From the NCBI RefSeq assembly GCF_963921235.1, contig NC_086097.1, positions 186,684,001 to 186,748,000 on the forward strand: a DNA stretch of 64,000 bases. Reading direction: 5' to 3'. The notes below the pieces were generated by a model that was given only the letters and a program-made list of their open reading frames with translations, searched no databases and was not told the DNA's origin. This stretch comes from Mobula hypostoma (Eukaryota). The translations under genes and the position numbers were made by a program. Shown in pieces: positions 38,636 through 51,026 of this stretch (position 1 is the first letter of the stretch; each line of letters begins with the position of its first letter).

Positions 38636-41599
38636 TTAATTACTGTATTAACAGAACATTTTACCTTATTATAATTTAACGAGGCATTTTGTCTCAATGA
38701 TCTGTTTCACTATTGAAGAAAGTAATATCTCAACAATAATTCTAGATATTCTGAAAGAAAAACCTTATCCTGGAAATAGATGCAGAGGATACAGATTAAC
38801 TGAGAAAAGGGAATAGCTTTTTTACAGGGGACAAAAGATTTCTGATAATGTTTCTGAATATGAGGACAGTGTAGATAAGTTATTCTGGAATTCTGGGAAT
38901 AAATGAAAATAACACAGAAGACTCTACGTATGTTGATGTCAACTTTTATGGATGACTTAAAACCTGTTATCGATACTTCCATTGTGTACCAAACAAAAGT
39001 CACAGAATGGCATGGTAACAGGCTTTACAACCCAGTGAAGAGTCTGGGTCTTGATAAGCAAAGAGATAACTGGTCACCTTGGAAAACAAAAATACAGAAT
39101 TAAAGTGATATTATAAATAGTCAATATCATATTAAATGGTGGAGGTGGTTTCTGGGGTAGAGCTCAGATATTTGCATTTTTTCCAGAACACATGGCTAAC
39201 ACTCATACACACAGATAAACACAAGACTTTTTATTAAAATAAACCAAAAAATTATTTGGCAGGACCATCTTAGGGACTCAGTCTCTGCTGAAACTGTCCT
39301 TGAATTATGATATTATTACAAAATAGAAACTGTAGGGGTAATAAATTATGTCATGGCTGCAATAATGAACACAATTATCCATTGAACCCAAAGCAATAAA
39401 ATAATTTCTGACATTTAGCTGGGTTTCACATGTGAAATTTACATTAACATGGTAAATGACAAAATGAAGCTTTTTATTCCGGAGCTAGGGTAACCTTGGA
39501 ATCCCCAGCATCGAGGACGTCTTCAAAGGCGATGCCTCAAAAAGGCGGCGCCCATCACTGATGATTCCATCACCTGGGCCATGCCTCTTCTCATGGCTTC
39601 CATCAAGGAGCAGGTACAGGAGCCTGAAGGTACACACTCAACATTTTAGGTGCATCTAAATCTCTGCTATCAGATTTCTGCATGGACACTACCTCACTAC
39701 TTTTTCTTTGTATATCTAATTGTAATTTACAGGGTTTTTTTAAATTATTATGCATGGGTTATGGAAATTTTGAATTCTCTACCTCAGAAGGCTGTGGCTA
39801 TTTGCTGACAGTATTCCAATAGAACTTGATAAGTTTTCAGATATTTAAATTCCATGAAACTGAAAAGATATGGGAGTAATTCAGGCATAAATAGTTGAGG
39901 TAGCTGAAATGAATGGCAGAGCATATTGAGCAATTAAATTGTCTAATCCAACTTGTATTTTTAATGTCAGCAATACAACAGCAGTGGGTACTAATTTTCT
40001 GGATTGAGAATTTTAACTCCAGTACCTCTGAGCACGTAATTTCTTAATACTGTATAACTTCAAAAAAAATCCAAGAATGCAGTATTTTGTCTGTACTTTA
40101 GGGAAGCTAATTTGTTTATACATTAATAATTAATACTAAACTTAGTATTTATACATCTGGAATTCTTACTCAACTGGCAAAAATATTACAAAACATGCAT
40201 TTGAATTTGGCTGGGTTACAACATAATTTTGCTCATGTTCTGACTCCTATCAGTACAGCACGAGAGCCTGTCCCTAGTCCCTCACACATGATTACAAGCG
40301 GCAGTTGGTTCCGAATCTGTTTCAAGGAGTATGCTGCACTTGTCATATCTAATTATGTTAGATTAAAAATATTCCCAACAAAGATACAAAGCACCAACAT
40401 GTTCTAACAATGAAACAGAAAATATGGATTTGTAAGAGTAGAAAAGGGTAAACATCATAATGTTCTCTTGAAACAAATCAATATTGCTTCCCCAATAATT
40501 TATGAAATTAAATCACCAAGAGCAAAGCTTAAGAGTTTTTCCTGAATTCTGAGTGATAAAAGTGTAGAAAAATACTATATAATGCACAAACAAGGACAGT
40601 GCAGTTGGACACTGCCTAGTAGTAACATCCTTTAAGATCAGGCATTTCATGCGGTGAGTAAAGTCATTCATTTATTTTAGTCATATTTTATATTAAAACT
40701 GTTTAGCCTTAAAATATAAATATGCAATCTAAAGAATTGTTCTTAAAAAGGTAAGGAAATTATATATAGTGTGGCAATTTATTTGAAGGCTTATGCATTG
40801 AATACTACTGCCTCTTGTATGATAAATGCTTTTTTTTTTGAGTAAGTATAACAAGCACATCTCCATTCCCCATAAATGCCAGATGGCTGAAAGATGGATG
40901 GAAATCTGACAGCTCTGCAATTCTTGTGAATGGGTCAATATGAGAAAGCCATTGCAAAGGAGGCCCAGGGTGTTAATGCTCAAACAACAGACACGTTTTT
41001 CATTTGTTTAAACAACTTTACTTTCAACGTCTCCATTCAATGCATGAGGGCCATCACCTTCTATTCCCACAATCCTCTTGTTCTCCTCTCTATATGCCTA
41101 CCAGATACTTCAAAGCCCAAATGAACAGAATTCAACACAGGGGATTGCTGTAAAGGACAAACTACTTTGTATTTGACTCCTGTGTTATCTGACCTGCAAA
41201 ATGACAGCCTTATCAATTATTATCATTTCACTGCATTACTTCAGGAACATTGTACTATCAAAGTCCCACCTTGCAGATGAACATCGACAATAAATCTATT
41301 TTCTGGTTATGACTTAAGTGTTTAGGGGTTGTTCCCAGCAGCCTAGGATATATTGCTCTGATGCATCAAGATAAATGAATTTAAATATCAGCAATTTTGG
41401 AGATACTCAGTAAACTAGGCGGTAGAGGAAAACAAAACTAACGTTTGCTTGAAACGACACCTGCTTTTCTCTTCTTGAATGCTGCATGTGCTGTATTTAT
41501 TTTAGATGATCAGTAATACAGGCATTTTTTCGCTTTTCCTAACTAAATATAATTGTCTTTCATATATGAAAATTGCGTGAACACTTTGGGACGTGCTCT

Positions 41600-41952
41600 C
41601 GTTACGCCACTGCCTTCAGGAAGAAGATAGTGTGGGTCCCGAAGATCCCCTACCAGGTTCAGGAACAGTTATTACCCCTCAGCTATCAGGCTTTTGAACC
41701 ACAGGGGATAACTTCACTAGCCCCATCACTGAACCGTTCCCACAACCCTCGGACTCACTTTCAAGATTCTTCCTCTCATGTTCTCGATATTTATTGCTTT
41801 TTTTTTATTATTAACTTTTTGTATTTGCACATTGACGTCCTGTTGGGGGCAGTCTTTTATTGATTCTATTGTGTTTCTTGTATTTACTCTTAATGCCCGC
41901 AAGTAAATAGATCTCGGGGTTGTACATAGTGACGTGTATGTATTTTGAACTT
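41600..41952 (+). mobile_element. Rex1/L2-type LINE 3' end
   Basis: ACCAGGTTCAGGAACAGTTATTACCCC motif shared with other copies in the window; TTGAACTT tail. Confidence 0.6.
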
Positions 41953-42238
41953 TTGATCAGGTGATGGTCTGTATGAATGAAGTTTCCCTATTCCACACTG
42001 ACAGCCTCGCCAGGTTGAAAAGTCATGAGCTAATTAAGTTATTTCCCGTTTTTGCATTGGTTCCCCGACTCCTGAGGTTTCCCCTTCTATCCTATACTTC
42101 ATCTACAGTTCCGTGAAAGGATTAAAAATGTAGCCCAGTGCGAAATTTCATTTCTCCAAACGCGCGAAACCTTCCAGAAACAGTTACCAGCAGACGAATT
42201 CACGCAGGCTTATGTAACGCATTCAGAACAGACCTCAC

Positions 42239-42322
42239 CCGCTCGTTTAGACTACACAGAGACGGTACAACGGTAAATTTGCGCCAACACTTCCACAACG
42301 GGAAGCGGACAAACATCGCCAT
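42239..42322 (-). CDS. DECR1: DECR1 exon 1, coding part (84 nt; mitochondrial presequence)
   Basis: GACATGG start context; encodes the basic, acid-poor MAMFVRFPLWKCWRKFTVVPSLCSLNER|gtgagg; phase 0 joins exon 2. Confidence 0.88.
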
Positions 42323-42452
42323 GTCTCCACCGTTCACCCAATCGCGACGCTGCCTAAGGATGCGCATGTCGGGGACGGAGATCACGTGTCCCTGGTCACG
42401 TGTGCAAGCGGCAGTCTCGGCCGTGGGACTCTGCAGACGAAGTGTGTGGATC
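42323..42452. promoter_or_regulatory. DECR1/NBN bidirectional promoter core within a CpG-rich island (~42130-42710)
   Basis: CCAAT at 42338-42342, NRF1-like TGCGCATG at 42361-42368, CACGTG E-boxes at 42383-42388 and 42397-42402; no TATA box; divergent ATGs. Confidence 0.85.
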
Positions 42453-42486
42453 ATGTGGGTGCTGAGGCCTTTAACTCCGGGAGGAG
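42453..42486 (+). CDS. NBN: Nibrin (NBS1) exon 1, coding part (34 nt)
   Basis: ATGTGG...GGAG|gtattg; encodes MWVLRPLTPGG, the MW-start of the FHA domain; phase 1 joins exon 2. Confidence 0.9.
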
Positions 42487-42914
42487 GTATTGAGCGCTCT
42501 TCGCGCTAATTTTCCGCTGGTTATCCGCGGGTACACTGGTCCAGAGCAAGTAGTGTACCACGGGCCTCGTCCGGTCTGATGGGTAGAAAATACTGGGTCG
42601 CGCTCGTTGAGCATCCCATACGCAGCACCACCTGGCTGTTGCGTCGCGCACAACTGACTATGTGAATGTTTGGTTGTCAGTTTTATTTTCCTGGCGTAAG
42701 GGGCCCATTAATTAAGAACATGGAATGGCGAGTCATACTCTTGAGCGGAAGAATTGAAATAGGAATATGTGACTTCTCTACATTTCAATACCACTTTTCA
42801 TTCGAGTTTCTTGGCAAACATGAATATCGTTTAACATTCAGCTTAAACTCTCAAGTTTAGCATCAAGTTCAAATTTATCATGTTGGAGATCGTTTCGCTG
42901 AACACCTATGCTCT

Positions 42915-43636
42915 GTACGCCAGAGAAAGCAGGATCTCCCAGTGGCCACACATTTTAATTCCACGTCCCATTCCCATTCTGATATTTCTATCCACGGCCT
43001 CTACTGTAAAGATGAAGCCAGACTCAGGTTGGAGGAACAACACCTTGTATTCCGTCTGGGTAGCCTCCAACCTGATGGCATGAACATTGACTTCTCAAAC
43101 TTCCGCTAATGCCCCACTTATAGTTTGCATTTTGTTGTTTGATTGTTTGTGGTTTTTGTATTGCTATATTTATGCTTTATTCTTGGTTGGTGCGGCTGTA
43201 ACGAAACCCAATTTCCCTCGGGATCAATAAAGTATATCTATCTATCTACTTCCCCCTCGTACCCCATCCGTTGTTTATTTATATACACAGATTCTTTTTC
43301 TCTCTCTCTCCTTTTTCTCCCTCTGTCCCTCTCACTATACCGCTTGTCCATCCTCTGGGCTTCCCCCCTCCCCCTTTCTTTCTCACTTGGCCTCCCGCCC
43401 CATTAACCTCTCATATCCCTTTTGCCAATCAACTGTCCAGCTCTTGGCTCCATCCCAACCCCCTCCTGTCTTCTCCTATCATTTCGGATCTTCCCCCCCT
43501 CCCCACTTTCAAATCTCTTACTAGCTTTTCTTTCAGTTAATCCTGACGAAGGGTCTCGGCCTGAAACGTCAACTGTACCTCTTCCTAGAGATGCTGCCTG
43601 ACCTGCTGCGTTCACCAGCAACTTTTATGTGTGTTA
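42915..43636 (+). mobile_element. Penelope-like retroelement 3' part: GIY-YIG C-terminus, pyrimidine-rich spacer, terminal repeat with hammerhead core
   Basis: KQDLPVATHFNSTSHSHSD...RLEEQHLVFRLGSLQPDGMNIDFSNFR* (stop at 43107-43109); CTGACGA-AGGGTCTCGGCCT-GAAACGTC at 43543-43570; a Rex1-like tail is inserted at ~43121-43248. Confidence 0.88.
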
Positions 43637-46600
43637 CCTTTCTTGCACAGGTGTGTCTTGCAGCGTTGAGTGTGAAATTTTTTATCTTAGAATTTCAGTA
43701 AATTGTTTTTTTTTGTTTTCCTTTTCAAATTATGGAACCAAGTGCTCCACTATTCATAGGGAAAGAACATTAATTTGAAATACAATGCTAAAACAAAATA
43801 GAAATAGTTGAACATTTGATTTCAGCATTAGCCATAGAATGAAACTTATTGTTTAAACATTTTTTGAGAGAATGAATAAGGATTCTGATTCAGGTACCTA
43901 GTTATTTTAAATGGTGGTGGAATTACAAGAACTGTTTTCCTGAAATGATACAGTAAAATAAGGTAACTGGTAGCAGGAAAATTAAGAAATGATAAACACT
44001 TATTGGCAAAATAAAATGAGTTCTGTCAAAAGCTTTTGGAATAGAGGCTTGTGATTTAAGTGGAATTAAAGCAAACTTAAGCAGTTAATGACATTAGTTC
44101 TGAATTTACCAAGGTAGCCATGTGGTATCCCATAAGATAAATAGAGCTGCAAATGAAAACTGCTGGCATAACTCAGCTGGTTGAATAGCATCTGCTGACA
44201 AATTATTGTTGAGATGATCAGTGGAGACCCTGCCTAGTGGCTGAAAGGCTGATTTATACTTGTGCGTACTAGCTTACGCCGTAGTCTACACACGTGGGCT
44301 ACACCGCTGTGAGCATTTATACTTGTGCATTGGTGTGTCTGCATCGCTCTGCAATTCACCGCCAAAAGGCTAGTTGGCGGTGGGGTTTCTATGTCACTGT
44401 GTTGAGTTTCTTCGTATTGAAACTCAACACGAAGAAACTCAAACTTCAAACAATGGTGACTGAAACTGAAGAAGGGTGGATTTTCTGTGCTTTTCCGGCC
44501 ACTGAGAGACATGGACGAGGAAATGCATTTCAAATATTTTCGGATGTTGGCAGGTAGATTTGACGAATTGGTTCATCATCTCCAACCATTTATTTTGCAT
44601 CAGAGTACGCACAGTATACGCTGAGACTGGCAATCAGCATTTGAGTTTTAGCTTCAGGTAGAAGTCAACAGGCTGTAGCAGCTAGCTACAAATTGGCGTC
44701 AAGCACAGGGTCCTCTGTAATTTCAGAGGTCTGTAAAGCTTTATGGAAAGCGTTACAGCCAGAGTTGCTTCCCTGCCCTTAAGTCTCCCAATGGAAAGCT
44801 ATTGCAGCGTAGGAGGAAATGCAATGCTACCAAGCGGACCAATCACAGTTGTTGCGGTCTGCGATGCCGCGACGTGTAGTTACATTTTGTGAGAGGTGCG
44901 TGTTAGGCTGCGGCATAGGGTTGGTGTAGAGTACAGCTTAGGGTTGGCTGCTACGCCATACCTACGGCGTACATTTGACGCACAAGTACAGGTTTCCCCC
45001 GCCGTCCGAAGGTAGAGCATTCCTCTGGAACGGTTCGTAAGCCGGAAGGTCGTAAAGTGAAGAAAATATTACCATTTATTTATATGGGAAAAATTTGTCA
45101 GCGTTAGCAGACCCAAAAATAACCTACCAAATCATGCCAAATAACACATAAAACCTAAAATAACAGTAACATATCGTAAAAGCAGGAATTATATGATAAA
45201 TACACAGCCTATATTAAGTAGAAATACTTGTCTACAATTATTGCCTGCACTGTTCTCCGTAGCGAAAATCTCACGCAAGCGCTGTTGGCAAAATCACGGC
45301 GCAAGCGCTCTCTAGTAACCTTTAAGCTATGAAGCTGCCAAGTCATACCAAGTAACACATAAAAATACACAGCCTATATAAAGTAGAAATAATGTATGTA
45401 CAGTGTAGTGTCACTTACGGGAATCGGGAAGACAGTGCCGAGCACGCTGATGATGGTGTGTTAGGCTGAGTCGTCGGCGCTTGAGTTGTTGGAGTGGCTC
45501 TCACCTTGCAGGCCGCCGACCGATACCGATCTTCGAAGCGTGCAGGGGTACAGCGGTGGCCGGGACGCACCCAGCACATCTTTTAGAAAAAAGCCGAAAT
45601 AAGCAAGCTAATTAATTAGGTGCTGCCTGGCACGTAAAAATGTCGGCCCAGATCAGAGGCGATGCAGTAGGCAATTGCCTCTGATCTGGGCTGACATTTA
45701 CGTGCCGGGCGGCACCTAATTAATTAGCTTGTTTATTTCGGCTTTTTTCTTAAAGATGTGTTGGGTGCATCCCGGCTACCGCTGCATTCTCCGTGGATCA
45801 GTATCTGTCTGCGGCCGGGGGTTGAGGTGGTGGGACACTGGAGTGTCATCTCATCGTCGATCAGGGCAGGCAGGTCATCTTCTTCTATGTCTGCCTGCCT
45901 CGATGTCGAAGATCGAGGTTGGTCGTCTGCTGTGGCTGATATGGAAGGCTTGAAAAATGACAGTATGCTTGATTGCTAGCCTCGCGCATTTTTCTATCAT
46001 ACAGTTTCTTTGTAAGCACTCAAACCATCTTGCAAATTTGCCCTAAACCTATGTACCCTTTCAAAATTAAAGTCGTACTTTATCATTGCAGTGAAAATCT
46101 CACGCAGTTGCTTCACATTCAGTTCCTGGACGACATTCGCTACTGCATTCGGTTTCGATTGTTATCCTTTCCTCTTCCAATTGCATCAGCTCTTCATTTA
46201 TCAGTTCTTGGTCATGGGATGCCAAAACCTCTTCAACATCACCTTCGTCAACCTCCACAAGCCAAACTCACTTGGTCCTTGCTTCATTCACCACGATCGA
46301 AACGCTTAATTATGTCTAGTTTTTTTTTTAAATTTTATTTTTATTTGGATAAGGAGTTCACAATTATCATGTACTTTTTTCACACATATAACCTTTTCCA
46401 TTTTTTTATATGTATAAAACTACAATTATTTATACATTCTTAAGTACACATTGAGATGATATAAAAGCAAAATAAACATTTAAATAGATAATTATGTACT
46501 GTGGTAAATCTAACCTATTAGGCTAAGTAATGAAATTAGTTGTTAAGAAAAATGGTAATAATAGTTTCCATACAACCCTTCTGGACCATTTCCACTGGTC

Positions 46601-46875
46601 CAAAATGTTGCATACAAGCCTATATACCAACTATTGTAGGTGTTTATATCCCAATTTGTTCGTGCTTGTTCCTGCCCGCAGACATAATTATCCAATCCCT
46701 ATGTACTTATTTACTTAATTTTTTCATTTTTTTTTATCCCTTTCCCAAATCTTTCCCTTTACTTGTGTTAATTCTCTATTTTCCAAAAAAAAAACTACAA
46801 ACATTTAGACTAGGGGTGCTTACGTTAGCAATATTACTGTGTTGATGAGAAGAGCAATATAAATCATTAGGAGAG

Positions 46876-49800
46876 TCATCTAAAGTCTGCTCGCATTGGG
46901 GTTATATATTCAATCCATTTATTCCAGATTTGATAAAATGTTTCTTTTTGAGTTCTCAGGGAGTAGGTCAACTTTTCCATTTTAAATATTTTCAAGATAA
47001 TTTCGTACCAATCTTCTAATGTAGGTGGTATTGGATTTAGCCATTTTCTAGTGATTGATTTCTTACTTGCCGCTAAGAGGGCCTGCAGCAACTTTATATC
47101 TTCCTTCTGTTCAAGGAACAATACATGCCCCAAATAGAGCGTCTCAAAGTTCAGAGGTATCTGGGACCTAAGTACCTTAACTAATATTCTATGAATACCT
47201 TCCCAAAATAGACTTAATTTAGGGCAATCCCAGAAAATATGAAAATGATTTGCCTCCTTGGAGCCGCACCTTCTCCAACACATCACATTTGTATCTTTAT
47301 ATTTTTCCTGATATGGGGTCTTGAAGTATCTTATAATGTTTTTCCAACAATGTTCTCTCCAAGTCAAAGAATTAGTCGAGGACCATTGAAAGCTGCAGAT
47401 TTTCCCCCAAGCCTCCTCTGAAAGTACCAACCCCGCTTCTTTCTCCCACTTCTCTTTAATATACAGTGTATTTACATTTTTAGCATGGGAGAGTGCATTA
47501 TATAGGCGAGAAACTGATTTACTAGGTATTGAACTGCAAGCCGAATTCAGAATCTTGAAAAATTCTAATTCTACTGTTGATAGGTCTGTATATCTACAAC
47601 TCTGGTTAACATAGTTTCGTATTTGAAGGTACCTAAAAAAGTCATTATGTTCTAGGCCATGTTTGTCCTGCAGGATTTGGAAACTTTGTAATACTCTTTT
47701 ATCTATAAATGAGAGGTAGGTTGTAAGACCTTTCTTTATCCATAGCTCAAATCTTTTATCTCCTCTGTTGGGAAGGAATTCGGTATCATATGCACACCAT
47801 CTAAAGAGTTTTAGCATGTTATTAGTTCCACATGAATTAACCACCTTCTGCCATACTTTTAATGTAAGATTTATCCAAGCATTATTGAATTTTTCCAACT
47901 GGGCCATCAATCCTTTGTCAGCTATTGAGGCCTGAAGAGGAAAACTGTCAACTAATCCAAATTCTATTTCCTTCCATCTAGCCTTATATTCCCTATTACA
48001 CCAATATAACAGAGGGGTTATCTGTGAGGCATAAAAATAATTTCTCAGGCAAGGAAGAACCATACCTCCTCTTTCCTTCCCTAACTGTAAGGTGTTATAT
48101 CGAATCCTAGGTTTCCTTCCTTGCCAAATGAAGCGGGAAATCCATTTGTCCCATTCCCTGAATTGATTATCATCCACCTCCACTGGTAAAGTACGGAAAA
48201 GATATAATAACCGAGGAAGAATATTCATTTTTATAGTATTTATCCTTGAATTTAAACTTAAAAAGGGGATAAGATTCCATCTATGCATATCTGCTTTTAT
48301 CTCTGAGATTAATGGCCCATAATTTACCTGTGACAGTGTTGAAAGATCCTTCGGCAGGGTTAGTCCTAAATATTTTAATGATTTAGCTTCCCACTTAAGA
48401 TCGTATGTATCCTGCAATTTTTTGGATGGTGTATAATTTAGGGACATAACCTGCGTTTTCTTTACATTTATTTTATAACCTGATATTTTCCCAAAGTCAT
48501 CCAACAGTGTAAACAATCCTATAAATGATTTTTCTGGTTCACTCAGATAGACCAAAACATCATCTGCAAATAACGCCACTTTCTGTTCAATCCCTGCCAC
48601 TTTGATACCTTTTACGATTTCGCTCTGTCTTATTAGTTGGGCAAGTGGTTCAATATATAGCGCAAAAAGGAGAGGAGAAATTGGGCATCCCTGTCTAGTG
48701 CCTCTCTCTAAAATGAAGGAGTCAGAGAGGTCCCCATTTATCTTAATTCGGGCTGTTGGGCTGTCATACAGAGTCTGAATTACTTTAATAAACCTTTCTT
48801 GAAAGCCGAATCTTCCTAACACTCTGTATAGGAATGCCCAACTAAGCGAATCAAAAGCTTTCTCAGCGTCCAATCCTACTACCATTGTCTCTGTCTCGTT
48901 CTTATTAACCTGTTCTAATATGTGCAGAGTTCTCCTTATGTTGTCCTGTGTTTGCCTTTGTTGAATAAATCCAGTCTGGTCTAAATGGATTAGGCCAGGT
49001 AAAAGCTTTTCCAATCTGCGCGCTAATATAGATGTAAATAGTTTGTAATCTAAATTAAGAACACTAATTGGCCGATAATTGCCACATTCTAGTTTATCTT
49101 TACCCTCTTTAGGAATAACTGAAATAATCGCTTCTCTCCAGGAAGGTGGAGTTTCTCCTCTCTGCAAGATCCAATTAAAGGTGTTAAGTAGTAATGGGCC
49201 TAACTGTGTCTTCAGGGACTTGTACCATTCTGAGGTAAACCCATCAGAACCCGGGGACTTTCCAGCCTTTAACCTAGAGATGGCCACGTTCAGTTCTTTG
49301 ACAGTTACTGGTTCTAATAAACTTTCATTTTGTAAATCTGTAAGTTTAGGTAGATCTAAAAAATTCAATACACTGTCTATATAGGGCTCATTGGGGGCCC
49401 GGGGTTGGGAGTACAGCTCTCGATAATACGTTTCAAAACTCTCTTGAATTTTCCCTATTGTACTCTCCACAAGCTTTGTCTTTGGATTCTTTATTTTATG
49501 AATTGTATTGTCTGCTTGTTGTTTTCGTAATTTATATGCTAATAATCTAGCTGATTTACCTCCTACTTCATAATTCTTTTGTCTCAGGTAAAGAAAATTT
49601 CTTTGAGTTTCCAACGTATAAATATCATCAATTTCACTTTGCAATTTCCTAATTTCCTGTTTTCGATTTGAATTACTTTTGTTGCTATCTGCAACTTGAA
49701 GTTGTTTTAATTTTCCTTGAAGGTCTGCTAATTTTTGTGCATTGATTTTTTTCATGTGAGTAGTAATGGAAATAATTTTCCCTCTCAGTACAGCTTTCAA

Positions 49801-50664
49801 TGTATCCCATAAAATCACTGGTGATGTTTCTCCCGTGTCATTAAGGTCTAGATATTCTTTGATTTCTCCCCTTAATCTCTCCATTACTTTTGGGTTATTA
49901 AGTATATGTGAGTTTAGCCTCCATAGTGTTTTCCTCATTTTCCTTTCCAGGATTAGAGACATAGAGACTGGGCTATGATCCGACAGATCAATTGTTGCAA
50001 TATTACAGTTTTTTATCCTGAGTCTATCTGTATTAAAGATAAAGAAATAGTCTATCCTTGAATAGGCTGAATGAGGGAAAGAGTAATATGTATAATCTTT
50101 ACTAGTAGGGTGTAATTCCCTCCAGACATCTATAATTCCCAACTCCTCCATCAATGAATTCACTTTCCGAGTCAGAGGTTTATTCTGAGTAACTATCCTT
50201 GAAGAATCTAATATAGGATTTAATCTAATATTAAAATCCCCTCCACAAATTACTACCCCTCGAGAACTGACCATTAGGTCAAAAATGTGTCTATAAAATG
50301 ACCATTCACTACCTGGAGGAGCATAAACATTCAGCAATGTTATTTCTGTACCTTCTATTCTTTCTGTGATTTTTACAAACCGTCCTTCTTTGTCTCTAGT
50401 CTCTGAAATATGTTCATAATTAAGAGTACTTGATATTAAAGTAGCTACCCCTCTTTTGTGACTCAATTTATATGATGAATAAAATACATGCTTAAAGCCC
50501 ATTCTTTTTAATTTTCCATGTTCAGATTGGCTCATATGTGTTTCCTGGAGGAAAGCTATTTGTGCCCTCTCTTTTTTCAATTTAGACATAATCTTATTTC
50601 TTTTAATTGGATTCAAAACCCCATTAACATTATAGGAAATTATTTTTACCAATTCAGTTTGCAT
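46876..50664 (-). CDS. L1 ORF2 protein (1262 aa): APE endonuclease, reverse transcriptase, C-terminal Cys/His knuckle
   Basis: Uninterrupted ORF with SYNVNG, LQETH, GGDFN, SRIDY, SDH; NYRPISVLN, LDAEKAFD, RQGCPISP, FADD, KYLG; CWRRC...HIFWDC. Confidence 0.96.
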   Translation of the reverse strand: MQTELVKIISYNVNGVLNPIKRNKIMSKLKKERAQIAFLQETHMSQSEHGKLKRMGFKHVFYSSYKLSHKRGVATLISSTLNYEHISETRDKEGRFVKITERIEGTEITLLNVYAPPGSEWSFYRHIFDLMVSSRGVVICGGDFNIRLNPILDSSRIVTQNKPLTRKVNSLMEELGIIDVWRELHPTSKDYTYYSFPHSAYSRIDYFFIFNTDRLRIKNCNIATIDLSDHSPVSMSLILERKMRKTLWRLNSHILNNPKVMERLRGEIKEYLDLNDTGETSPVILWDTLKAVLRGKIISITTHMKKINAQKLADLQGKLKQLQVADSNKSNSNRKQEIRKLQSEIDDIYTLETQRNFLYLRQKNYEVGGKSARLLAYKLRKQQADNTIHKIKNPKTKLVESTIGKIQESFETYYRELYSQPRAPNEPYIDSVLNFLDLPKLTDLQNESLLEPVTVKELNVAISRLKAGKSPGSDGFTSEWYKSLKTQLGPLLLNTFNWILQRGETPPSWREAIISVIPKEGKDKLECGNYRPISVLNLDYKLFTSILARRLEKLLPGLIHLDQTGFIQQRQTQDNIRRTLHILEQVNKNETETMVVGLDAEKAFDSLSWAFLYRVLGRFGFQERFIKVIQTLYDSPTARIKINGDLSDSFILERGTRQGCPISPLLFALYIEPLAQLIRQSEIVKGIKVAGIEQKVALFADDVLVYLSEPEKSFIGLFTLLDDFGKISGYKINVKKTQVMSLNYTPSKKLQDTYDLKWEAKSLKYLGLTLPKDLSTLSQVNYGPLISEIKADMHRWNLIPFLSLNSRINTIKMNILPRLLYLFRTLPVEVDDNQFREWDKWISRFIWQGRKPRIRYNTLQLGKERGGMVLPCLRNYFYASQITPLLYWCNREYKARWKEIEFGLVDSFPLQASIADKGLMAQLEKFNNAWINLTLKVWQKVVNSCGTNNMLKLFRWCAYDTEFLPNRGDKRFELWIKKGLTTYLSFIDKRVLQSFQILQDKHGLEHNDFFRYLQIRNYVNQSCRYTDLSTVELEFFKILNSACSSIPSKSVSRLYNALSHAKNVNTLYIKEKWEKEAGLVLSEEAWGKICSFQWSSTNSLTWREHCWKNIIRYFKTPYQEKYKDTNVMCWRRCGSKEANHFHIFWDCPKLSLFWEGIHRILVKVLRSQIPLNFETLYLGHVLFLEQKEDIKLLQALLAASKKSITRKWLNPIPPTLEDWYEIILKIFKMEKLTYSLRTQKETFYQIWNKWIEYITPMRADFR

Positions 50665-51026
50665 TTTTCTCTAGTAGAAAAAAAGCACTCTCCTTTTCTA
50701 ACCAAACAGTAAGCAATCCCTTCTCAACAGTAAACCAAGACATATAACCACACCCTAGACATTTCTGAACGTATAACATTTGAAAATTTTCCCCGACTTC
50801 CCACAGTGAGGCCTGAGCACCGACCAGCCTCAGTTCAGAGGGATAACCTCTATCTTCACCCTGTGTTAGAGGGCCCTCAGCAGTTTGAATAATCATAGAG
50901 AATTTTCTCCTATTTATGTCTCGACCATATTGCTATCATTCAAGTTATTCCGCCTAGATTATTTTCAGTTACCAGTTTTCATTTTACTTTTAAGTCCGAT
51001 TTACTCTTTTCAGTCATTTCTCTTAA

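Noticed and set aside
42138..42653. Several overlapping ORFs across the CpG island
   Set aside because: GC-rich sequence has few stops; only the DECR1 and NBN first-exon parts have splice donors and homology
44471..44810. Domesticated HARBI1-like or TIGD-like host gene (also 45960-46310)
   Set aside because: Fragments are internally deleted, contain stops and frameshifts, and sit between TIRs with TSDs
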